Below are positions 1 to 7,613 of a stretch of 23,132 nt of DNA, one piece after another. The notes under the pieces were generated by a model. That model did not search any database, was not told the DNA's origin, and saw nothing but the letters and a program-made list of their open reading frames with translations. The stretch's first letter is position 1, and every line of letters begins with the position of its first letter. The stretch lies in contig CBDURU010000051.1 in the NCBI GenBank assembly GCA_965369865.1, positions 1 through 23,132 of the forward strand. The letters are read 5' to 3'. The DNA comes from an uncultured bacterium. GTDB lineage: Bacteria > JAJVIF01 > JAPKYR01. The position numbers and the translations under genes were made by a program.

Positions 1-36
1 GCGCATGCATACCGTGGCCGTTGAAAAAGCGTCCCG

Positions 37-89
37 CTTATACCGTAGCGCATGCGTCCCGCCTGCCTCCATTAATAAATTCCCCCACT
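37..89 (+). repeat. Left arm of a perfect 53-bp inverted repeat (partner 2263-2315); contains a GTAG-type REP-like core GTAGCGCATGCGTCCCGCCTGCC
   Basis: cttataccgtagcgcatgcgtcccgcctgcctccattaataaattcccccact is the exact reverse complement of 2263-2315; the bases just outside both ends mismatch. Confidence 0.95.
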
Positions 90-281
90 GATCGATAAGG
101 TCTGTCGAAAGCGTATCGGGTGTATCCGTATCTCACCTTTTTTTTTACGTTTTTTTCGTATCCCGTGATCAGGCGAAATCCGCGTTATGGCCGTGCTCAG
201 GCGGTAATTTACCCGTATCAGGCCAAATCCGAGATTTTCGGATTTGGGGGGTCCCGGGTGTATCGGGATACGGGTAGATTA

Positions 282-741
282 CGTCGGCAAGCACGTTCGA
301 CCCTGAGATTTTCGAGCCGAGCGGGATGGATATGTCTCACTCAGCGTGCCGACGCCACGCGATTATGGTCATCTCTACTAACTAATAGGACATGTTAGGG
401 GTGAAATGGCGCACCCGTTTCCCGACCAAATTCTGAGAGGCACCATAAGGATATCCACCTCCAAAATCCAAGATGGATTGTGGAGGCGCCACCAGGAGTG
501 TTCCACATGGAGGCTGCACCGATTTGGTGTTTCGAATTGCAGGAGGATTCACGGCACCAACAAGCTCGTCCGACTAGCGTCGAACTTCGCATGTTGGCGG
601 CACCCGGGTTTTTCTATGCCGAACGTGCTTGCCAACGATCTCGCACAACGAAACCCATTCCGCGTGGCGTTGGCACGCTGAGTGAGACATGATGAAGTAC
701 CAAACCTGAAAACACGCCGGGGTCGAACGTGCTTGCCGACG
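282..741. mobile_element. Non-coding nested inverted-repeat element (MITE/REPIN-like)
   Basis: 282-303 and 720-741 are a perfect 22-bp inverted repeat. 332-361 and 661-690 are a 30-bp inverted repeat with one mismatch. A further copy of the arm sequence lies at 620-641. No credible ORF inside. Mobility is inferred, not shown. Confidence 0.6.
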
Positions 742-748
742 ATCTTAC
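731..748 (+). repeat. 18-bp direct repeat gcttgccRacgatcttac, upstream of the propeller gene
   Basis: 17/18 identical to 2222-2239; a related copy is at 628-641. Confidence 0.85.
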
Positions 749-832
749 TACTGTTACGATATGTAAAAATCAGGTAGAATTTAAACACTGGACTTTATGA
801 TTCTGCAATTACATCCAGGGCAGGAGAAAGCT

Positions 833-2164
833 ATGGCTCAGACAAAACAAACATCAATGAGGCTGGTGCTAATAATATTAATTGTAGTTGTATTTCTAAT
901 GGGAAGCTCATCCGAAGAAAATGATTCAGATCCGGTAAATCCTGGTGACCTCTTATGGGTGAAACACGTAGGCGGAGCTTCAACCGTTTCGGGCTCAGCA
1001 ATCACATCGCTTTCAGATAATTCAACTGTTGTGACTGGTTCTTTTTGGGATTCAACCACATTTGGGGATGGGGAATCAAACGAGACAGTTTTGGTTTCGC
1101 CTGAATATGAATGGCCAGATATCTTTATAGCCCGATACAATCCTGATAGTACACTCGCATGGGTAAAACGTGCTGAGGGGGGAACCAGATCAGGATTTAT
1201 TGCAGATATAACAGCACTTTCAGATGATTCCACAGTTGTGACTGGTTCCTTTTGGGACTCAGTCACATTTGGAGAAGGGGAACTGAACCAGACAATTTTG
1301 GTATCAGCTGGACACCATGATATCTTCGTGGCTCGCTACAATCCTGACGGAACATTAGCATGGGCAAGCCACGCTGCTGGTCCTTTAGATAGTCCTTCCT
1401 TTCTAGGAATCACCACACTGTCAGATGATTCAGTTGTTGTTACGGGTACTTTTGATGAATCAGTCATCTTTGGGGACGGTGAGCCGAAGGAGACAACTTT
1501 AGAATCAGTTGGCCGTGTTGATATCTTTGTAGCCCGATACTATCCTGACGGCACACTTGCATGGACGAAAAGTGCTGGCGGTGGTGGTGAGGAGCGTAAC
1601 GATGCAATCACAACACTTTCAGATGACTCAATTGTTATAAGTGGCTATTTTTGTGGTTCAGCCACATTTGGGAGTGGAGAACCGAACGAAACAACTTTAG
1701 CATCGGCTGGTATTGCGGATTTATTTGTAGCGCGTTACAATCCTGATGGTACCCTGGAATGGGCAATAAGAGCTAGTGGAGCTAACTTTGAAGCTGGTTA
1801 TGGAATCACAACCCTTTCAGATGATTCCATAGTTGTGACTGGTCATTTTAAGGATTCAGCCACATTTGGGGAGTGGGAACTAAACGAAACAATTTTGGTA
1901 TCGGCTGGAACTTACGATGATAGTATTTTCGTGGCTCGTTACAATACTGGCGGCACACTTACATGGGCAAAACACGCTGGAGGACCCTATTTCGAGATAT
2001 GTCTTGGGGGTAAAGGTCTTGGAATAACAACTCTTTCAGATGATTCCACAGTTGTGATTGGAACTTTTTGTGAATCAGCCACATTTGGCGAGGGTGAACA
2101 GAACGAAACAACTCTGACATCCGAAGGAGAATCTGATATCTTCATCGCTCGATTCGCTCCGTAA
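833..2164 (+). CDS. Secreted or membrane-anchored beta-propeller repeat protein (SBBP-like repeats), ~443 aa
   Basis: ORF track starts at 797, but the ATG at 833 follows an AGGAG RBS (822-826). N-terminal hydrophobic segment, then six ~66-70-aa repeats W..AGG....ITTLSDDS.VVTG.F..SATFG.GE.NET.L.SAG..DIFVARYNPDGTL. Confidence 0.85.
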   Translation: MAQTKQTSMRLVLIILIVVVFLMGSSSEENDSDPVNPGDLLWVKHVGGASTVSGSAITSLSDNSTVVTGSFWDSTTFGDGESNETVLVSPEYEWPDIFIARYNPDSTLAWVKRAEGGTRSGFIADITALSDDSTVVTGSFWDSVTFGEGELNQTILVSAGHHDIFVARYNPDGTLAWASHAAGPLDSPSFLGITTLSDDSVVVTGTFDESVIFGDGEPKETTLESVGRVDIFVARYYPDGTLAWTKSAGGGGEERNDAITTLSDDSIVISGYFCGSATFGSGEPNETTLASAGIADLFVARYNPDGTLEWAIRASGANFEAGYGITTLSDDSIVVTGHFKDSATFGEWELNETILVSAGTYDDSIFVARYNTGGTLTWAKHAGGPYFEICLGGKGLGITTLSDDSTVVIGTFCESATFGEGEQNETTLTSEGESDIFIARFAP

Positions 2165-2221
2165 GCCTGAAGCAATCCCCATTTCCAATTAGCCAACATC
2201 AAGACCAATAATCCCGATCTC

Positions 2222-2239
2222 GCTTGCCAACGATCTTAC
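2222..2239 (+). repeat. 18-bp direct repeat gcttgccaacgatcttac, downstream of the propeller gene
   Basis: Matches 731-748 with one A/G difference. Confidence 0.85.
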
Positions 2240-2262
2240 ATGCGTTTTTCTGGTTTGACTAT

Positions 2263-2315
2263 AGTGGGGGAATTTATTAATGGAGGCAGGCGGGACGCAT
2301 GCGCTACGGTATAAG
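2263..2315 (-). repeat. Right arm of the perfect 53-bp inverted repeat (partner 37-89)
   Basis: Exact reverse complement of 37-89. Confidence 0.95.
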
Positions 2316-2395
2316 TAAGATCTAAGGTGAATTTATCGGGTTTTATGCGATATTAACTATATAAACCTGCGAGAAGATCGCGGGATGTTTATGCT

Positions 2396-4228
2396 ATGCC
2401 CTGGCGAAAACTCATAAACGGACTCGAGGATATTGTCGGACCGCCCGGTACCGATGGGCTTACTCTGGATAAATCCGGACTTGAGAAAATCCGGGAACAT
2501 TTAAGGAAACTTGGCCTGTCGAGATTCAGGGCCAGGGATATCGCGGATGGTTACCTCGCGCTGATTCCTAAAAGTAAACGGAGTGGTAAAGGCGTTTATT
2601 ACACCCCCCATCAGGTTGTGGAATTTATCCTGGATGAAGTTCTCCCGCAGCCCAGGTTCGGGAATAAGAAAACCGACCCATGGCCCGACGGGTTCCGAAT
2701 CCTAGAACCCGCGTGCGGCGCGGGATATTTCCTTATTTCAGCTTTCAGACGATTGAAGGGTGCGTACCTTAAAGCCGGCATCAAACCAGTAGACGCCATT
2801 CGGGTGATCCTGGCCGAGAGAATTGTGGGGATAGATATCGATGGTGACGCGTTACTCGTAGCAATGGCCGGATTGATCCAGGAAGCGGGGGATGATCTTG
2901 ATAAAGCGCTAAGGAAAGGACCGATCCAGCTTTCTCTCTTCAAGGCCGATTTTCTCGACAAGGGCTGGAATGTAACGGCATCTCCGCTGGGAGAAGTATT
3001 ACGGAGCGGTTTTCCCGCGATTGTCGGAAACCCACCGTATGTAAGTTTCTATGCTAAACGCGCGAAATCGATAACGGCTGAGAAAAAAGAATATTACAAG
3101 GCCAATTACCTGATGGGCAAAGGCCGTATAAACACGTACACGCTTTTCATCGAACGCGCTTTCGATCTTTTGAAACCATCGGGAGTGCTCGGATTTATTA
3201 TCCCGAACACCCTCCTGATCATGAAATCGTACGAGCCGGTCAGGACTTACCTTCTAAGTAAAGGATGGCTGAAATCAATAGTCGATCTTAATCTGAAAGT
3301 GTTCCCCGAGGTTGAAGTGCCTACCTGCATACTTACTGTCGAGAGAAAGGACGACAGGGCTCTGCCATTTCCTAGGAAAGTCCAGTCGGGTTTCTGGGAG
3401 AGCGCGTGCGGGGAAGCTCCCGAGAATCTTGAGGGTAATGACCAGGACTCGTTCAGGGAACTGCCGTACACGATGTTCAATATTCACATCCGGCACGCCG
3501 ACCGGGATATCCTCGGCCAGATCGAGCGGGTCGGGACACCGCTTGGCGAGGATTTCGAGGTCAAGGATGGTATCAATCCCGCGAACATTTCCAGGAAACT
3601 GATGGTGCAGTCGCTCGATAACCTCAACGCACCCTATAAAAAGGTGCTGAGGGGGAAGGATATCGGCCCATACCAGTTGGACTGGGATAACATGTGGGTC
3701 AGGTACGATCCGGATTTCGTGGACCAGGATAAGGGGGAGTACTGTTTTCTCAGGGACGAAAGGATATTCAAGGCAAATCCGAAAATCCTCACCCGTCAGA
3801 CCGCCGACCGGATCGTCGCCGCGTACGACGAAAACACATTCTATGCGATGAATACATTGCATGTTACGATCCCGTTGAATGGCCGGATGGACCTGAAATG
3901 CCTTCTGGCTCTCTATAATTCGAGGCTTCTGAATTACTATTACCGTCTTGTGTTTCCCGATACGGAGCGCGTGTTTCCACAGGTTAAGACCGTGAATGTG
4001 GAGAAACTTCCCCTTCCGGACCTGAACGGACAGGTTGGTAAGCTTTGTAAACTGGCCGACCGCCTTCTGGCCACACCCGGGTTTTCGACCCGGTCCATAA
4101 AAAAGTGCGATAAAATTCTGGATGAAATCGATGAAGTAGTGTACGCTCTCTATGAATTATCACCGAGACATATCGCCCGGGTGGAAAATTCAACCACGGA
4201 CTGGATTCGATTGTCTTACGGCAGGTGA
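2396..4228 (+). CDS. N6-adenine DNA methyltransferase, gamma class (TaqI/Eco57I-like) with C-terminal target recognition region
   Basis: GVYYTP motif, SAM-binding ILEPACGAGYFL, catalytic VGNPPY, GVLGFIIPN, and a TaqI_C-like tail (KILTRQTA...LLALYNSRLLNYYY...VEKLPLP...IDEVVYALYELS). Confidence 0.92.
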   Translation: MPWRKLINGLEDIVGPPGTDGLTLDKSGLEKIREHLRKLGLSRFRARDIADGYLALIPKSKRSGKGVYYTPHQVVEFILDEVLPQPRFGNKKTDPWPDGFRILEPACGAGYFLISAFRRLKGAYLKAGIKPVDAIRVILAERIVGIDIDGDALLVAMAGLIQEAGDDLDKALRKGPIQLSLFKADFLDKGWNVTASPLGEVLRSGFPAIVGNPPYVSFYAKRAKSITAEKKEYYKANYLMGKGRINTYTLFIERAFDLLKPSGVLGFIIPNTLLIMKSYEPVRTYLLSKGWLKSIVDLNLKVFPEVEVPTCILTVERKDDRALPFPRKVQSGFWESACGEAPENLEGNDQDSFRELPYTMFNIHIRHADRDILGQIERVGTPLGEDFEVKDGINPANISRKLMVQSLDNLNAPYKKVLRGKDIGPYQLDWDNMWVRYDPDFVDQDKGEYCFLRDERIFKANPKILTRQTADRIVAAYDENTFYAMNTLHVTIPLNGRMDLKCLLALYNSRLLNYYYRLVFPDTERVFPQVKTVNVEKLPLPDLNGQVGKLCKLADRLLATPGFSTRSIKKCDKILDEIDEVVYALYELSPRHIARVENSTTDWIRLSYGR

Positions 4229-4240
4229 GGTTGATACGAA

Positions 4241-6082
4241 ATGAAGAGCCATAATTATTTGATTAATCCGAAGGGGTTAACGGGAACGGTCGCGATGCTG
4301 GTGATTGTTTTTGTGCTTTTCGGGACCGGCCGGGAGGCGTTTTCCCAGCGTGCGGATATAGTAATTGAACCGACAGGTCCATCAGGCGGCAGTGATGCGA
4401 TTATCCAGGCATTTTCGGAGGCTGAGTCGATATTTAACGACGGACTTATAACCATGAACGAAACAACCCTCCGTCGCGCCGCACAGAAATACGAAATAAT
4501 TATCCAGAATTTTCCAAACGATGACAGGCATTTCGATGCGTATTTCTCATCTGTGTATATCCACATGGAATACCTGCAGGGGACTACCGACTACGAGCAT
4601 TCAAGGAATCTCCTTAAGCTGTTGGTAAATAATTACCCGTCGAACAGCGAGGAGGTGACCGACGCGCACCTCACCCTAGCTCATTTAAATTACAGGTGCA
4701 TCAGAGATTACCGTGCCGCCCAGATAAACCTCAGCACTATTCTCAACGACCAGACCCTCGCGGCACAACTTGGATCAAGGGAAATCGAGGTCAAGGAACT
4801 CCTGGCAAAATGCCGCCAGAAACTCGGTGAGCACGACAATGCTCTTCGTATATGGGAGGAATTGGAATTCGTGAATCCCGGAATTGACTCAGAGGGCCGC
4901 TCCAGGTGGATCAAAGATTCATTCAACTGGCTCCAGTTCGACGACGGCCGGATTCACCTCTATTTTGAGGAGTCCATCGAACGCGATATTTACGTAGATG
5001 TATTGACTGAACTCCATGTCGGATTCGCGATCGCGGAATCCACATGGAGATTGCTCCCCGATGAATCGGTGGATGTATACCTGTATAAATCAGCGGATCA
5101 GCTTTTTGATTACACCGATCGATCGCATGGATTCGCGCTGCCCGTTGACCACGAGATATATCTCTCACCATCGGACTTGAACGGTATCGAGCATCTGGCG
5201 GGAGTGATAGTCAGTCAAAGGCTGAATACACGCCCGGAAGGGACAATTTTTCCTTTTTTAAGAGCGGGATTCAACAGCTATTTCATGGGGACCCGCGATG
5301 AACTCGATCGCATGGCAGCCCTTGAAATATATTATTACGGTGGTTCGATTGAAAGAACCGACCTGTTATTTCCACTGAGTTTCGATTACACGTATTCAGA
5401 AGAGTACCATGCGTTGGCGGCAAGTTTCATGCACTATCTCCTCGAGGACAGCCATGCTGATGTGGATGAACTGGAGAAGTTCTACCGGCTCTGGGCAAAT
5501 CCTACAGAAAGGATCGAACCTCCCGTTTTCAACATGGTCCAGATGTGGCTTAGCCAGTTGCAGTCACAGGTTGTCGAATGGCAGGATACCCTGATACCCC
5601 CTGAACATATCTTTGAACTGTTCGAACAGAAGCTGGGTCTCAGCCTTCCCGATGAATTTGAAAACTGGCAGCAAAGCCTTGAGTACGAGATACAACGGAT
5701 TGAAACCGAATTCGGAGATTTATCGGCGGATGTAACCTATGTGACCATAGACCTCTCGACACCCGAAAAGGCCCTGGAGACATGGTGGAACGCCTACAGG
5801 TCGGGGGATTTCAACGCCATGATCCAGGCCAGTACTCGTGATATGGCGGGTTTCCTTCAGGAAGCCATGATTTACTACGAAGAGGAAGGGATCCTGGACC
5901 AGGTGATAATCGAACATTTTATACATCCATACCGCAGCGCCCGGATGGTTGTCGTCCAGACAGGATCTTTTGCGGATGATCTCTACGTCTATGAGGTTGA
6001 GATCGAGAAAGGCGATGATACAGAAGAGATGACAATAGTCGTTCGCCGGGAAGGCGGCCTGTGGAAAGTCGACTCGAATTAA
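4241..6082 (+). CDS. Exported hypothetical protein: signal peptide, TPR-like helices, degenerate peptidase MA-like region, C-terminal NTF2/DUF4878-like domain
   Basis: GAGGT RBS, 12 nt after the MTase stop. Hydrophobic N-terminus ending AFS. 'IIQNFPND' and 'LVNNYPSNS' resemble BamD/YbgF-type TPR turns. C-terminal STPEKALETWWNAYRSGD...VRREGGLWKVD. Confidence 0.7.
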   Translation: MKSHNYLINPKGLTGTVAMLVIVFVLFGTGREAFSQRADIVIEPTGPSGGSDAIIQAFSEAESIFNDGLITMNETTLRRAAQKYEIIIQNFPNDDRHFDAYFSSVYIHMEYLQGTTDYEHSRNLLKLLVNNYPSNSEEVTDAHLTLAHLNYRCIRDYRAAQINLSTILNDQTLAAQLGSREIEVKELLAKCRQKLGEHDNALRIWEELEFVNPGIDSEGRSRWIKDSFNWLQFDDGRIHLYFEESIERDIYVDVLTELHVGFAIAESTWRLLPDESVDVYLYKSADQLFDYTDRSHGFALPVDHEIYLSPSDLNGIEHLAGVIVSQRLNTRPEGTIFPFLRAGFNSYFMGTRDELDRMAALEIYYYGGSIERTDLLFPLSFDYTYSEEYHALAASFMHYLLEDSHADVDELEKFYRLWANPTERIEPPVFNMVQMWLSQLQSQVVEWQDTLIPPEHIFELFEQKLGLSLPDEFENWQQSLEYEIQRIETEFGDLSADVTYVTIDLSTPEKALETWWNAYRSGDFNAMIQASTRDMAGFLQEAMIYYEEEGILDQVIIEHFIHPYRSARMVVVQTGSFADDLYVYEVEIEKGDDTEEMTIVVRREGGLWKVDSN

Positions 6083-6111
6083 AATATGTTATAGATTCCC
6101 CCTATATCAGA

Positions 6112-6159
6112 CCCTCCTAAAACCTGCCTTCGCTGGCGCTCAGGCCGATTTTACGAGGG
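6112..6159. repeat. Imperfect palindrome between convergent genes (REP-like element or bidirectional terminator)
   Basis: ccctc-c-taaaa...gcct pairs with aggc...tttta-c-gaggg, with a C.C mismatch; no clean U-tract. Confidence 0.5.
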
Positions 6160-6220
6160 GCCACCATGAGAACCCCGGAAATGCAGTTAGTAAAAAAATA
6201 CCTGTTAAGTGTGATTGGTT

Positions 6221-7408
6221 TTAAATCCGGATTACCGGGTTAAGTTCCGACATGAAATCATCCGCATATTCGGCGAAGTCCTTATCGATAAGTTGGGAGA
6301 TTAATTTTTCTTTAATGCCCAGGACAGTCCTGATTTCAGGATTTATTTCCTTGACCAGATCCTCACCATTGTCCAGGCCGAAATAGTACTTGGCTATTTG
6401 GCTGGAAACATAAATTACTGCCGGTTCGGGTAGCGAACTATCGAGTTCGGGAAGGTTGCTTGCTTTGATAATGTATGTAAGAGCAGGTGGCAAATTCATT
6501 CTAATAGCTATGAGTTCACCGGCCAGGGCATGTGTAATTCCAAGCGTCTCCAATTCGGCTTCCATTAATGAGATTTTGCTTTCCTTTGCTATCGAAATTG
6601 CGTTATCAAATCGACCCCTGCGCCATCTGTTAAGAAATAACTTTCCGATACCGTGAAGCATGGCTCCTGAACCTGTGCTGGAAGCATGGATTTTCAAACC
6701 GGCCCTTTTAATTAGCCATGGAGTGATATTCGCAGTGGCAACCGAGTGTTTGAAGAGCCTGCTGATCTTGAAATCGGCTCCCGACACATTCGTATTGCTG
6801 AACAGGCTCATTGTAAGGACAGCCTGACGAATCTCGTCAAATCCAAGGAAAGTGACAGCCTCTTTAATATCACTGATATGGCGTCCTAAACAATAATAAG
6901 CGGAATTGACCATTTTAAGAACCATTGCGGTAATACCAACGCTGCTGTCACAGATTTTTGATACCGTTGCTGAGGATGAGTCCGGTGAATTCAGGACCGA
7001 CAGTAACTCGGTCAATTCAATCGGCAGTTTGGTTAGTTTCTTCAGAACATCCTTCATATCCGACCAGGCTGTGTCTGGTATGATATCAATCTTGTGATAT
7101 AGTCCATTCTCTTCAGGCAGAAACTTGGACTGAATATGTTCCACATTCCATATGACTGATTCAGGAACATCATCAACTGGTTTAATTTTCTGTTCAGGTC
7201 TACTCAGGGATTCCTGGACATTTTCGATTTTAATATCCGGAACAGGCTCATTATTATCGGGCTTTTTCCCGGACATGACTTCATCCAGGGATTCCTGCAC
7301 CGACCGTAATGCGTCGGACTTCCTCCTTATTTCCAGGAGCATAATGTAAAATAGAATCACAATTAATAAGATAACAAAAATGCCAATAATTAAAAGTCCG
7401 GTATGCAT
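6221..7408 (-). CDS. Membrane-anchored HDOD domain protein (paralogue 1)
   Basis: N-terminal TM helix; HDOD hallmarks VLKMVNSAYY, ISDIKEAVTFLGFDEIR, KHSVATA, LHGIGKL, LGITHALAGELIA...NLP. Confidence 0.92.
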   Translation of the reverse strand: MHTGLLIIGIFVILLIVILFYIMLLEIRRKSDALRSVQESLDEVMSGKKPDNNEPVPDIKIENVQESLSRPEQKIKPVDDVPESVIWNVEHIQSKFLPEENGLYHKIDIIPDTAWSDMKDVLKKLTKLPIELTELLSVLNSPDSSSATVSKICDSSVGITAMVLKMVNSAYYCLGRHISDIKEAVTFLGFDEIRQAVLTMSLFSNTNVSGADFKISRLFKHSVATANITPWLIKRAGLKIHASSTGSGAMLHGIGKLFLNRWRRGRFDNAISIAKESKISLMEAELETLGITHALAGELIAIRMNLPPALTYIIKASNLPELDSSLPEPAVIYVSSQIAKYYFGLDNGEDLVKEINPEIRTVLGIKEKLISQLIDKDFAEYADDFMSELNPVIRI

Positions 7409-7445
7409 TTACCAATCCTTTAGACCTTTTCTTAAAAAATCATCT

Positions 7446-7474
7446 ATTATAATATCGAGAGCGATCACCGTTAA
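7446..7474 (-). promoter_or_regulatory. Putative sigma70 promoter for HDOD paralogue 1
   Basis: Minus strand TTAACG-N17-TATAAT, with the -10 about 38 nt upstream of the ATG. Confidence 0.55.
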
Positions 7475-7558
7475 TTCCTTAACAGATTCAATTAAATTTA
7501 TTCCGGAACCGGGAAAATTACCACCCCGACCTGCCGATCAGGACAATTCCCAATGAAT

Positions 7559-7585
7559 AAAAAAACCCGCAGTTATCCTGCGGGT
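7559..7585 (-). terminator. Intrinsic terminator after HDOD paralogue 2
   Basis: 8-bp stem acccgcag/ctgcgggt, 5-nt loop, A-run at 7559-7565 (U-tract on the minus strand). Confidence 0.85.
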
Positions 7586-7613
7586 AATTAATCTTATTCT
7601 GATCTAAAGACCT

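Noticed and set aside
120..788. Short ORFs of 65-92 aa on both strands
   Set aside because: They overlap palindromic repeats and show no recognisable protein or transposase motifs.
956..2161. Diversity-generating retroelement template/variable repeats
   Set aside because: Repeats are all in-frame coding, differences are not restricted to adenines, and no reverse transcriptase is present.
731..2260. Integron cassette with attC sites
   Set aside because: No canonical RYYYAAC...GTTRRRY box pair after the gene and no integrase in the window.
3275..3862. 195-aa antisense ORF as a hidden restriction nuclease
   Set aside because: Entirely antisense within the MTase, with no convincing nuclease motif.
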